Of a DNA stretch of 64,000 nt, positions 48,792 to 57,927 are shown in pieces. The notes below the pieces were generated by a model, which ran no database searches, had not been told where the DNA came from, and saw only the letters and a program-made list of their open reading frames with translations. Made by a program: the position numbers and the translations under genes. Every line of letters starts with the position of its first letter. Position 1 is the first letter of the stretch. This stretch comes from Bacteroidales bacterium (GTDB lineage Bacteria; Bacteroidota; Bacteroidia; Bacteroidales; Muribaculaceae), in NCBI GenBank assembly GCA_004557825.1, contig SFFL01000004.1, positions 55,808-119,807 on the forward strand. Direction: 5' to 3'.

Positions 48792-48926
48792 AAGTAAATT
48801 GAAAATTTAAAATTAAAAATTTAAAATTGCCATCCGGGTGCGGCAAAGGGTCTGCTGCCGGTAGGCGGAAAGGAGAAATGGGGAGCAGGGCGGCAAAATA
48901 ATTTTAAATTTTAAATTTTTAATTTA

Positions 48927-49547
48927 TTAGAGCATAGGGAGGGGGGCGAAGCTGTAGCCGCGGGATTTTAGCCACTCGATGGCGGCGGGGAGCACGGCTT
49001 TCATATTCTTTTCGGCTTTGAGGGAGTCGTGGAAGACGATGATGGAGCCGTTGCGGGCGTAGCGTTTTACGTTGGCGAGGACTTTCTCGGGGGTGAGTTT
49101 TTTGGAGTAGTCGCGGGTGACCAGATCGTACATCACGATGTTGTAGCGGTCTTTGATGGCGCGTGCCTGGCGCCAGCGGAGCAGGCCGTGGGGTGGCCGG
49201 AAGAGGGGGCTGTCGATAAATTCGTTGGCTTCGGAGATGTCGTGCATGTATCTGTAGGAGGTCACTTTCATTCCTTGCAGATGGTGCATGGTGTGGTTGC
49301 CTACGCTATGGCCTCGGCTGCGCACTTCCTGTAGGAGCTGGGGGTTGCGCGCTACGTTGTCGCCCACCATAAAGAATGTGGCTTTGATGCCGTAGTGGTC
49401 GAGGGTGTCGAGCACCCAGGGGGTGACTTCGGGGATGGGACCGTCGTCGAAGGTGAGGAAGACGGTTTTTTCTTTGTTCTTTTTCAATCGCCAGATGGCT
49501 TCGGGGAAGAGGAGGCGGTAGAACAGGGGCGGTCGTTCAATAAGCAT
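48927..49547 (-). CDS. Polysaccharide deacetylase (CE4)
   Basis: TFDDGP, NHTMHH, FRPPHG and VFHD. Confidence 0.93.
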   Translation of the reverse strand: MLIERPPLFYRLLFPEAIWRLKKNKEKTVFLTFDDGPIPEVTPWVLDTLDHYGIKATFFMVGDNVARNPQLLQEVRSRGHSVGNHTMHHLQGMKVTSYRYMHDISEANEFIDSPLFRPPHGLLRWRQARAIKDRYNIVMYDLVTRDYSKKLTPEKVLANVKRYARNGSIIVFHDSLKAEKNMKAVLPAAIEWLKSRGYSFAPLPML

Positions 49548-49557
49548 AGGCGGTGGG

Positions 49558-52500
49558 TTAGGCGCGGTCGCGGAGGTATAGCTGGACTTCGTTGAGGTCG
49601 ATGCCGCGCTTGAGGAGATTGGCCTGAAGCGCTTCGAGGTCGCCGCCTTCTTCTATATAGAGCTGCATGAGCAGGAAGAGGTAGGTGGGGACGTAGCGGT
49701 CGGCACTTGAGAGGCCGGGGAAGCCGCTGCCGGGAAGGGCGCGCTGGAGCTCTTTGAAGTAGGGGAGGTAGGCGCCGTAGCGGGCGATTTCATTTGCTAC
49801 GATTTGCATGCCTTTGTCGTGGAGCAGCTTGGGATCGGGCAGGCCTTGCACACCAGCACCGGCCTTAGCACCATCATCAGCACCAGCCTGGGAGGCTTTT
49901 TCCTGGAGGGAGGTAATGGCGGTGGCGAGGAGAAGGTATGTGTCGGCAATCTGGTAGCCGATCTGGATGCTGTAGGGCGATACGCGGGTGGGGAGTTTCT
50001 CCTCGATGAGGTTGAGAATGTCGATGGCTTTGCGGTAGCGGTCGGCGGCGTAGGCAGTGCTGTCGGGGTATGCAAGGTTGGCCGCGGCGCCTTCGCGGTA
50101 GAGGCTCATGGCGAGGTCGGCCATCGAGGAGCGGTGCGTGGTGACCATTCGGCGGACGGTTTCGTCGAGGTAGATTTTGCCATCCTTGCCGAGTTTGTCG
50201 AGGCCTCCCCAGCGGAATTTGGTGGTGATGTTGTCATACATCTTGTCGGTGTCGATCCAGGGTTCGTTGGTGCCTTCGGGGTTTACGATGGGGCTAACCT
50301 GGTAAGACAGGCCGGTGTTGCGCAGATATGGCGACAGGGAGAGGTAATATTCGTCGGGGACGGTCATAGCGAAGTAGGCGGGACGGTTCCAGCCGTTCTT
50401 GGCCTGAGTGGCGATCATATCGAGCGAGAGAGCCTGGCTCAGGGTGATGCCGCCTACGGGGTTCTTGGGGTCGTCGGCGAGAGTGAGGCCGATGAATTCC
50501 TCGGCAGCGGGTGCTTCTTTAGCGGAGATTACTCCGGCTTTGACGGCTGCGTCGAGGTTGGAGGGGATGGCGATGTTGGGATAGCGCATCACACGAGAGC
50601 CTCGGAACATAGCCTTGGGGTTGTGGTAGAGGTCGTCGAGCGAAGTGAATACGTCGACGAAAGTGCTGTCCTGGTTTTCGCTGTCGAAGTAGCAGAACTG
50701 CATGCGCTTGTAGGCGTAGTCGGCGGGTTTGGCTAATGTGGGGATTCCGGCGGCGCCGTCGGTGGCGGTGCGCATCTGGTTGGCGTACCAGTCGGTGGTG
50801 AGGTATGAGAGGTTGACCACACGCACGTCGGTGCGGTAACCTTCCACTTCCTGGGCATACCAGAGGGGGAATGTGTCGTTGTCGCCGTTGGTGAAGATTA
50901 TGCCGTTGGGGGCGATGCTTGAGAGGTAGTTCATACCGAAGTCGCGAGTGGTGTATCGGCCTGAGCGGTCGTGGTCATCCCAGGTCTGCGACACCATCTG
51001 GAGGGGTATGGCCAGGGCTACCACAGCGCAGGCGATGGCGCAGGCGAGGCCTTTCTTGCCACCGTCGGGGATCGGGTCATTTTCTGCATCTTCAGCGGCG
51101 GACTTGCCGTCGGCGGCCTTCTTGTTCTTCAGGAGCCAGCCGAGGAGCGCCCAAAGGCCTGCCACACCCATACCGATCCAGATGGCGAAGGCGTAGAAGG
51201 AGCCGGCGAAGGCGTAGTCGCGTTCACGTGGCTGCAGAGGCGGCTGGTTGAGGTATAGCACGATGGCCAGACCGGTCATAAAGAAGAAGAAAAATATCAC
51301 CCAGAACTGCTCGATGCCTCGCTTGGAGCAGAAAGCCTGCCAGGTGAGGCCGATGATTCCCATCAGCAGGGGGAGCATATAGAATACGTTGTGGCCCTTG
51401 TTGCCCTTGCCGTATTCATCGGGGAGCAGCTCCTGGTTGCCCAGGCGGGCGTTGTCGATGAAAGGAATACCGGAGATCCAGTTGCCGCGGTTGGCCTGCC
51501 CTTCACCGGCGTAGTCGTTCTGTCGGCCGGCGAAATTCCACATGAAATAGCGCCAGTACATATAGTTGACCTGGTAGTTGAAGAAATACTGCAGGTTCTG
51601 GCGGAATGATGGGCGCTTGAGCACGGTCTCCTGCAGGACGTTGCCGTCGCGGTCGACGAGCTGCGGGGCGTTGACCGATTCGAGGTCGTCTTCGCTTGCT
51701 CCGATCCACTCCATATATCCCACGGGGTGAGAGCCGGCGGAGGAGTACATGCGGGGGAAGAGCATTTTTGGAGTGAGGTCGTATTTGGTGTCGCCGGGGG
51801 TGGCGATATACTCGTCGGACTGTCCGTCGACGGTTTTCACCACCTTGGTGTAGACATCTTTGGCGGGAGTGCGCACCACGTCGTAGCTATATCCGTCGGC
51901 CGAAGGGGTGTACATCACCGTGGAGGTGAATGCCGGGCCGTAGAGGAGGGGTGTCTCGCCGTACTGTTCGCGGGAGAGGTATGAGCCGAGGGAGAACACG
52001 TTGTCGGGCGCGTTCTGGTTCATCGGGGGATTAGCGTGGGAGCGGATTAGCAGGAGGGCATAGGAGGAGTATCCGGCGAAAATCACCAGGATGCTCAGTG
52101 ATGCGATGGTGAGGATGCGCACGGGGAGCTTTTTCACGCCCCAGAGGAAGAAGGCGAGAGCGCCCAGGAGAATTACCGGCACTACGATGCTGCTGCCGAT
52201 GAATGGGATGCCGGAAAGGAGCACGGCCAGCAGGAAGGAGATGCGGATGGCATTGGCTGATTTCTGCTGATAGAGGGTGCGGATGCTCCAGATGCTTACG
52301 GCGATGAAGAGCACGGTGTAGACCAGTACGCCCACATTGTAGCTGCATCCGAGGGTGTTGACGAAGAAGAGCTCGAAGCTCTGGGCCACCTCGATGAATC
52401 CGGGCACGAGGCCGAAGAGAATCAGGGCCACGATGGCGGCGGCGATAGCCAGAGCGATGAGCGACCCGGTGGCGGTGGTGTTGCGGAACTTGCGGTAATA

Positions 52501-53121
52501 TATCACCAGCACGATGGCGGGGATGCAGAGCAGGTTGAGCAGGTGCACGGCGATGCTCACACCTATGATGTAGGCGATGAAGATGAGATAGCGGTCGCTG
52601 TGTGGCTGGTCGGCGCGGTTCTCCCACTTGAGGATGAGCCAGAACACCAGCGCGGTGCATAACGATGAGAAGGCGTAGACTTCACCCTCGACGGCTGAGA
52701 ACCAGAAGGTGTCGCTCCAGGTATAGGCCAAAGCGCCGCAGATGCCCGAGCCGAAAATCACCAGCATCTTGGTGAGGGAGATTTCGGTGGCGTCGTAGCG
52801 CACAATCAGGCGCTTCACCAGGTGGGTGATGGTCCAGAACAGGAGCAGGATGGTGCCGGCAGAGAGCAGGGCCGACATCGAGTTGACCATCAGGGCGTAC
52901 TTGGTGACATCGCCCCCGGCGAAGTTGATGAAGAACCGAGCGGCGAGCATAAAGATAGGGTTGCCCGGCGGGTGGCCCACTTCGAGCTTGGCACCCTGCG
53001 AGATGAATTCGGGGCAGTCCCAGAAGCTGGCGGTCGGTTCGACGGTCAGCAGATATGTAGCGGCGGCCACTACGAAGCAGAGCCAGCCCAGCACATCGTT
53101 GTAAAGTCTGTATTTTTTCAC
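49558..53121 (-). CDS. DUF2723 multi-TM glycosyltransferase-like protein
   Basis: SFWDCPEF, HPPG, EGEVY, RERDY and GDNDTFP. GTG start at VKKYRL. Confidence 0.88.
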   Translation of the reverse strand: MKKYRLYNDVLGWLCFVVAAATYLLTVEPTASFWDCPEFISQGAKLEVGHPPGNPIFMLAARFFINFAGGDVTKYALMVNSMSALLSAGTILLLFWTITHLVKRLIVRYDATEISLTKMLVIFGSGICGALAYTWSDTFWFSAVEGEVYAFSSLCTALVFWLILKWENRADQPHSDRYLIFIAYIIGVSIAVHLLNLLCIPAIVLVIYYRKFRNTTATGSLIALAIAAAIVALILFGLVPGFIEVAQSFELFFVNTLGCSYNVGVLVYTVLFIAVSIWSIRTLYQQKSANAIRISFLLAVLLSGIPFIGSSIVVPVILLGALAFFLWGVKKLPVRILTIASLSILVIFAGYSSYALLLIRSHANPPMNQNAPDNVFSLGSYLSREQYGETPLLYGPAFTSTVMYTPSADGYSYDVVRTPAKDVYTKVVKTVDGQSDEYIATPGDTKYDLTPKMLFPRMYSSAGSHPVGYMEWIGASEDDLESVNAPQLVDRDGNVLQETVLKRPSFRQNLQYFFNYQVNYMYWRYFMWNFAGRQNDYAGEGQANRGNWISGIPFIDNARLGNQELLPDEYGKGNKGHNVFYMLPLLMGIIGLTWQAFCSKRGIEQFWVIFFFFFMTGLAIVLYLNQPPLQPRERDYAFAGSFYAFAIWIGMGVAGLWALLGWLLKNKKAADGKSAAEDAENDPIPDGGKKGLACAIACAVVALAIPLQMVSQTWDDHDRSGRYTTRDFGMNYLSSIAPNGIIFTNGDNDTFPLWYAQEVEGYRTDVRVVNLSYLTTDWYANQMRTATDGAAGIPTLAKPADYAYKRMQFCYFDSENQDSTFVDVFTSLDDLYHNPKAMFRGSRVMRYPNIAIPSNLDAAVKAGVISAKEAPAAEEFIGLTLADDPKNPVGGITLSQALSLDMIATQAKNGWNRPAYFAMTVPDEYYLSLSPYLRNTGLSYQVSPIVNPEGTNEPWIDTDKMYDNITTKFRWGGLDKLGKDGKIYLDETVRRMVTTHRSSMADLAMSLYREGAAANLAYPDSTAYAADRYRKAIDILNLIEEKLPTRVSPYSIQIGYQIADTYLLLATAITSLQEKASQAGADDGAKAGAGVQGLPDPKLLHDKGMQIVANEIARYGAYLPYFKELQRALPGSGFPGLSSADRYVPTYLFLLMQLYIEEGGDLEALQANLLKRGIDLNEVQLYLRDRA

Positions 53122-53219
53122 AAGTGTATACTTGGGTTTGTGAGAGTTCAAGAAATCTCCCTGCAATCGGCGGGGAGCAGTGCAACTACCTGCAATAGCG
53201 GGAGGATTGAAATATCGTG

Positions 53220-53319
53220 CAAAATTAACAAAAGTGCTCCAACTGCCCAAAAATTTCACCTAAATTAATAGATAGCCCCTCCGCGAGGTTGCGCAATTGC
53301 CGGAAATTGCATAAATTTG
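53220..53319. promoter_or_regulatory. Divergent -7 elements (DUF2723 / DUF4254)
   Basis: TAATTTTG minus at 53220-53227 and TAAATTTG plus at 53312-53319. Confidence 0.55.
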
Positions 53320-53343
53320 CGGGAATGATAAATGTAATGAAAT

Positions 53344-54006
53344 ATGAGTAAGAATATTGAACAGAATACTGAGAAGAATATTGAAAAAAATATTGAAAAG
53401 ATTATAGAGGGGTTTGCGGGGCGCGCAAATGATATTTTCGACCGTGCTACCGCCGACTATCATATCACCGACAGCATAGATGCGCCGGTGCCGCAGCCGT
53501 TTGCCGGTTTTGAGGCCGTGCTTTATGGCAAGAACTGGATTGATGTGGCGCAGTGGCATATGGAGGATCTTATCCGCGACCCGGAGATTGAGCCGGCTGC
53601 CGGGATGGTGCTGAAGCATCGGATCGATGCTTCGAATCAGGACCGTACCGACAAGGTGGAGGAGATTGACAGTTTCTTCCGCGATCTGTTTGCCGAGGTG
53701 AAGCCGCTGGAGGGTGCTACAATCAACACTGAGAGTCCGGCGTGGGCTATCGACCGTCTGTCGATTCTGGCTGTGAAGATTTATCATATGCGTCAGGAGA
53801 CCGAGCGTACCGATGCTTCGGCCGAGCATATTGCGCGTTGTCGCGGGAAGTTGGCTGTTCTGCTGGAACAGCGCACCGACCTTTCGCAGGCTATCGACGA
53901 CCTGCTGGCCGACATCGCTGCCGGCCGGAAGTATATGAAGGTTTACCGGCAGATGAAAATGTATAACGATGCCGACACCAATCCGGTGCTTTATGCAAAG
54001 AAGTAA
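53344..54006 (+). CDS. DUF4254 protein
   Basis: QWHMEDLIR, IDASNQDRTD and ESPAWAIDRLSIL, upstream of the GT9 gene. Confidence 0.85.
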   Translation: MSKNIEQNTEKNIEKNIEKIIEGFAGRANDIFDRATADYHITDSIDAPVPQPFAGFEAVLYGKNWIDVAQWHMEDLIRDPEIEPAAGMVLKHRIDASNQDRTDKVEEIDSFFRDLFAEVKPLEGATINTESPAWAIDRLSILAVKIYHMRQETERTDASAEHIARCRGKLAVLLEQRTDLSQAIDDLLADIAAGRKYMKVYRQMKMYNDADTNPVLYAKK

Positions 54007-54042
54007 GGCTCGGGTGAATTACTAATCAAGGCCTGGTGCTTT

Positions 54043-55131
54043 ATGCAAAGAAATAAGGAAAACAGCGGCGAGAACAATCCGCGGGGTGTGAAGAGTGTGC
54101 TGCTGACGCGCTTTTCGGCTCTCGGGGATGTGGCAATGACGGTGCCGGTGGTCTATAGTGCCTGCCGGTGCTATCCCGACGTGCGCTTCACGATGGTGAC
54201 GCGGCGGTCGATGTCGTCGCTTTTTATCAATACGCCGGAGAATCTGCGCGTAATTGCCGTGAACACCGAGGATTACGAGGGCGTGAGCGGCCTGCGCCGC
54301 CTGCTGCGCGAGCTTCAGGACGAGGTGCACTTCGATGCGTATATCGACTTGCACGATGTGCTGCGTACGAAGGTTTTCGCCTTGCTGTGCCGCCTGAAAG
54401 GGATTCCGGTGACGGTAATCCGGAAGGGGCGCAAGGGAAAACGCGCCCTCACACGGCGGCGCAACAAGCTGCTGCTGCCGCTGATCTCCACGCGTGCGCG
54501 CTACCGACAGGCGTTTCACCGGATGGGGCTGCCTGTGGAGAACCGGTTCGAGGGGCTGTTTGCCTCGGCTCCGGGCGGAAAAGGCGACCCGGCGGTGTTT
54601 GCCCACGTGACGGCCGCGAAGCAGCCGGGCGAGCGCTGGGTAGGTATAGCGCCCTTTGCCAAGCATGAGGGAAAGATTTATCCTCCGGAGATGATGGAGG
54701 AGGTGGTGAAGGCCCTGAGCAACAGGGGCGACACCCGTGTATTTCTCTTCGGCGGCGGTGAGCGCGAGCGCGAGGTGCTCGGCGACTGGGCTGCGCGGTA
54801 TCCGCGTGTGACGTCGCTGGCCGAGAACCGTCTGGGCTTCCCGGTGGAGCTGGCGCTGGCCTCGTGGCTCGACGTGATGGTGTCGATGGACTCGGCCAAT
54901 ATGCACCTGGCGTCGCTGGTGTGCACGCCTGTGGTGAGCGTATGGGGCGCCACGCACCCCTACTGCGGCTTCAAGGGATGGCGGCAGAAAGAGGCCGACA
55001 TAGTGCAGCTGCCGATGACCTGCCGCCCCTGCTCGGTGTTCGGCAACAAGCCATGCCACAGGGGCGACTATCAGTGCCTGCGCGGCATCCAGCCGCAGCA
55101 GATTCTCAGCCGGGTGGAGTGCTATCTCTGA
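54043..55131 (+). CDS. Glycosyltransferase family 9
   Basis: RFSALGDVA and SMDSANMHLA...WGAT. Confidence 0.92.
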   Translation: MQRNKENSGENNPRGVKSVLLTRFSALGDVAMTVPVVYSACRCYPDVRFTMVTRRSMSSLFINTPENLRVIAVNTEDYEGVSGLRRLLRELQDEVHFDAYIDLHDVLRTKVFALLCRLKGIPVTVIRKGRKGKRALTRRRNKLLLPLISTRARYRQAFHRMGLPVENRFEGLFASAPGGKGDPAVFAHVTAAKQPGERWVGIAPFAKHEGKIYPPEMMEEVVKALSNRGDTRVFLFGGGEREREVLGDWAARYPRVTSLAENRLGFPVELALASWLDVMVSMDSANMHLASLVCTPVVSVWGATHPYCGFKGWRQKEADIVQLPMTCRPCSVFGNKPCHRGDYQCLRGIQPQQILSRVECYL

Positions 55132-55173
55132 CGGCGGGGGAAACTTTGACGCGATTTTATCTGTTATAACAGT

Positions 55174-56844
55174 ATGAAAAATATACGATTCCATATAGCA
55201 TTGTTGGCGCTGGCGGGCGTATGTCTCGGCGCTATGGCCGCAATACCGGCCGGTTACTATAGTTCGGTCGACGGCAAGCGCGATTCAGAGCTGAAGACGG
55301 CTCTGCACAAGCTGCTCTACAATCACACGGAGATTTCATCGTATTGGAATCTACCCGACTATTTCCGCCGCACGGATGTGTATCCCCCGGGCAATCAGCG
55401 CTACGGGCAGTGGTGGGATATGTATTCCAACATTCCGCTCTACACTGATTCGTTCAACAGGCTTAACCGAGAGCACTCTTTCCCCAAGAGCTGGTGGGGC
55501 GGCAGCGATGAGACTCCCGCGTATGTGGATCTGAATCATCTCTACCCTTCGGAGCGTGAAGCAAATATGGCCAAATCGTATTACCCGCTGGGCGAGGTGC
55601 AGACCCCTGAGTTTGAGAATGGCATCACCACCGTTGGGTCGCCGGTGAGCGGCCAGGGGGGCGGTGCGCGGCAGGTGTTTGAGCCGGCCGACGAGTATAA
55701 GGGCGATTTTGCCCGCACATATTTCTATATGGTCACCTGCTATCAGAATCTCACCTGGCGCTACCAGTATATGGTGAGCAACACCACCTACCCCACGCTC
55801 ACTACCTGGGCGTCGGAGCTGCTGCTGCGCTGGAGCCGGGAGGACCCGGTGAGCCAGAAGGAGCTTGATCGTAATGAGCAGGTTTACAGGGTGCAGGCTA
55901 ACCGCAATCCGTTTATCGATTTCCCGGAGCTTGCCGAATATATCTGGGGCAACAAGCGGGGCGAGGCTTTCCATCCCACATCGTCGGGTGTGTCGGGCGA
56001 ACCGGTGCTGATAACCCCCGTGCAGGATATGGCGCTGGAGTTTGGCGAGACGGCGGTGGATATGTCGAATACGGCATCGCTGCAGATTCGCGGCGAGTAT
56101 CTGAAGACCAATCCGCAGCTCACCCTTTCGGGCGCCGACAAGGGAATGTTCTCGCTGGAACGGACGTCGGTGAATGCGTCGGATGTGAACAAGACCGACG
56201 GCACCTGGGTGCGGGTTACTTACAAGCCTACCTCGGTGGGCGAGCATCAGGCACGCCTGATTGTTTCTGACTATGATGGCTCGAAATCGCGCGGCATAGC
56301 CCTGCGCGGCGAGGGCCTTGCCCGTCCGGAGCTTCACACGCTCACGGCGCTGGCCGCTACCGACGTGACCGACACGCAGTACACGGCGCGCTGGGAGGAG
56401 CCGAAGGATGTGGTGGACTACTACATTGTAACACGCACGGTATATCCCACGAATGCCGAGACTTACCGCGAGGAGCAGATGGCCGAGCAGTGCAACCTGG
56501 TTATCACCGGGTGTCAGCCCGGGTCGCGCGAGAGCTACAGTGTGCAGTCGTCGCGGCTTGGCTTCACTTCGGATCCTTCCAATGAGGTTTATGTCGACCT
56601 ACTGGCCGGCATCGATGGCGTGACGGGTGATGCGCAGGCCCCGATGGGATGGCGCATCGACGGCGGTCGCGCGGTGCTGGCGCTGCCTGAGGGCGCTGTG
56701 GTGCGCTCCGTGACGGTATACGACCTGCTTGGCCGCGTAGTGGCCACGATAGCGGAGGCCACCGATGGCGCCGAGCTGCCCGTATCCCCCGGCGCCTACA
56801 TTGTTTCCGCTCCCGGTATGGAGCCCCTCTGCCTCCGCTTCTAA
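55174..56844 (+). CDS. Secreted endonuclease I-family nuclease with T9SS-type CTD
   Basis: NREHSFPKSW, DLNHLYP, KGDFAR and QANRNPF, with CTD VYDLLGR...GAYIV. Confidence 0.88.
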   Translation: MKNIRFHIALLALAGVCLGAMAAIPAGYYSSVDGKRDSELKTALHKLLYNHTEISSYWNLPDYFRRTDVYPPGNQRYGQWWDMYSNIPLYTDSFNRLNREHSFPKSWWGGSDETPAYVDLNHLYPSEREANMAKSYYPLGEVQTPEFENGITTVGSPVSGQGGGARQVFEPADEYKGDFARTYFYMVTCYQNLTWRYQYMVSNTTYPTLTTWASELLLRWSREDPVSQKELDRNEQVYRVQANRNPFIDFPELAEYIWGNKRGEAFHPTSSGVSGEPVLITPVQDMALEFGETAVDMSNTASLQIRGEYLKTNPQLTLSGADKGMFSLERTSVNASDVNKTDGTWVRVTYKPTSVGEHQARLIVSDYDGSKSRGIALRGEGLARPELHTLTALAATDVTDTQYTARWEEPKDVVDYYIVTRTVYPTNAETYREEQMAEQCNLVITGCQPGSRESYSVQSSRLGFTSDPSNEVYVDLLAGIDGVTGDAQAPMGWRIDGGRAVLALPEGAVVRSVTVYDLLGRVVATIAEATDGAELPVSPGAYIVSAPGMEPLCLRF

Positions 56845-56950
56845 TCAATGCATAATGGCAAAGACAGGAGCATAGGAGGCTGCGCGGGGAGGCGGGGGTG
56901 TGAGCCTTGTTGAGTGATCGGCCGTGCACGGCCGATAGCAGGACAAGGCC
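56845..56950. repeat. Composite intergenic repeat
   Basis: GCAAAGACAGGAG module and palindrome element 56904-56950. Confidence 0.8.
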
Positions 56951-57094
56951 TACGCGCAAGCTGGCAGCGGCTTATGCAGAGGAGGTTTCGCGGCGAGGCC
57001 CACGCGAAAGATGGTGGCCGCAGCGGCATAATGGCAAGCGCCGCTCCGAAGGTGATTCGGGGCGGCGCTTGCTATATGGGAGGGAGGGGCGGGG

Positions 57095-57883
57095 TTAGTC
57101 GGCGGTGTCGAGGGGGACGGCGACGATTTTGAGGTCGTTGCTGCGGATGAAGCCGGTGATGGCGTCGCGGATGGGGGAGGGGTCGATGTCGGCTTCGATG
57201 CGTCGGAGGGCGTTGAAGACTGAGATGCCGCTCTGGTAAACGTTGCGATAGGCTTTGGCGATGTTGTCGATGTCGTCGTCGGTGAAGCCGTGTTTGCGCA
57301 TTACGTAGGCGTTAACGCCGAAGTATGCCACGGGGTTGTGAGCCACGATGATGTATGGGGGCACGTTGCCGGCGATGCGGCATCCGCCTTTAATCATAGC
57401 CCATTCGCCCACGCGGGAGCCTTCGTGGAGGACGGCGTTGGATGAGAGAATCACGCACTGGCCCAGGTGGCAGTCGCCTGCGATTGTGGCGCCGTTGCCG
57501 ATGACAGATCTGCCGGCGATGACGGAGTCGTGGCCGATGTGGGTTTTGGCCATAATGAAGGTGTCGTCGCCGATAGTTGTGGCGCCACCGGCGTGGATGG
57601 AGCGGTTGATGATCGACTGCTCGCGGATGGTGACGTTGTTGCCGACGACGCAGAGCGAGTCGTCGCCTTTGTATCGGAAGTCCTGGGGCTCTGCAGCCAC
57701 GATTGCGCCCTGGAATACGCGGCAGTTATTGCCCAGACGGGTGCCGGGCATAAGTGAGGCGTAGGGGTAAATGGTGCAGTTGTCGTCGATTTCCACATCT
57801 TTGTCGATGAACGCGAAGGGGTAGATGGTGACGTCCTTGCCGATTTTGGCGGCGGGGTCTACGTGGGCTAATGGAGAAATCAT
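57095..57883 (-). CDS. lpxA: Acyl-ACP--UDP-GlcNAc O-acyltransferase paralog
   Basis: ISPLAHVDP, hexapeptide repeats, PQD and HIGHD. Confidence 0.8.
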   Translation of the reverse strand: MISPLAHVDPAAKIGKDVTIYPFAFIDKDVEIDDNCTIYPYASLMPGTRLGNNCRVFQGAIVAAEPQDFRYKGDDSLCVVGNNVTIREQSIINRSIHAGGATTIGDDTFIMAKTHIGHDSVIAGRSVIGNGATIAGDCHLGQCVILSSNAVLHEGSRVGEWAMIKGGCRIAGNVPPYIIVAHNPVAYFGVNAYVMRKHGFTDDDIDNIAKAYRNVYQSGISVFNALRRIEADIDPSPIRDAITGFIRSNDLKIVAVPLDTAD

Positions 57884-57927
57884 GGTATACTGGTGGGGGA
57901 ATGGGTTATGTTAAAGAGATGTGGATT

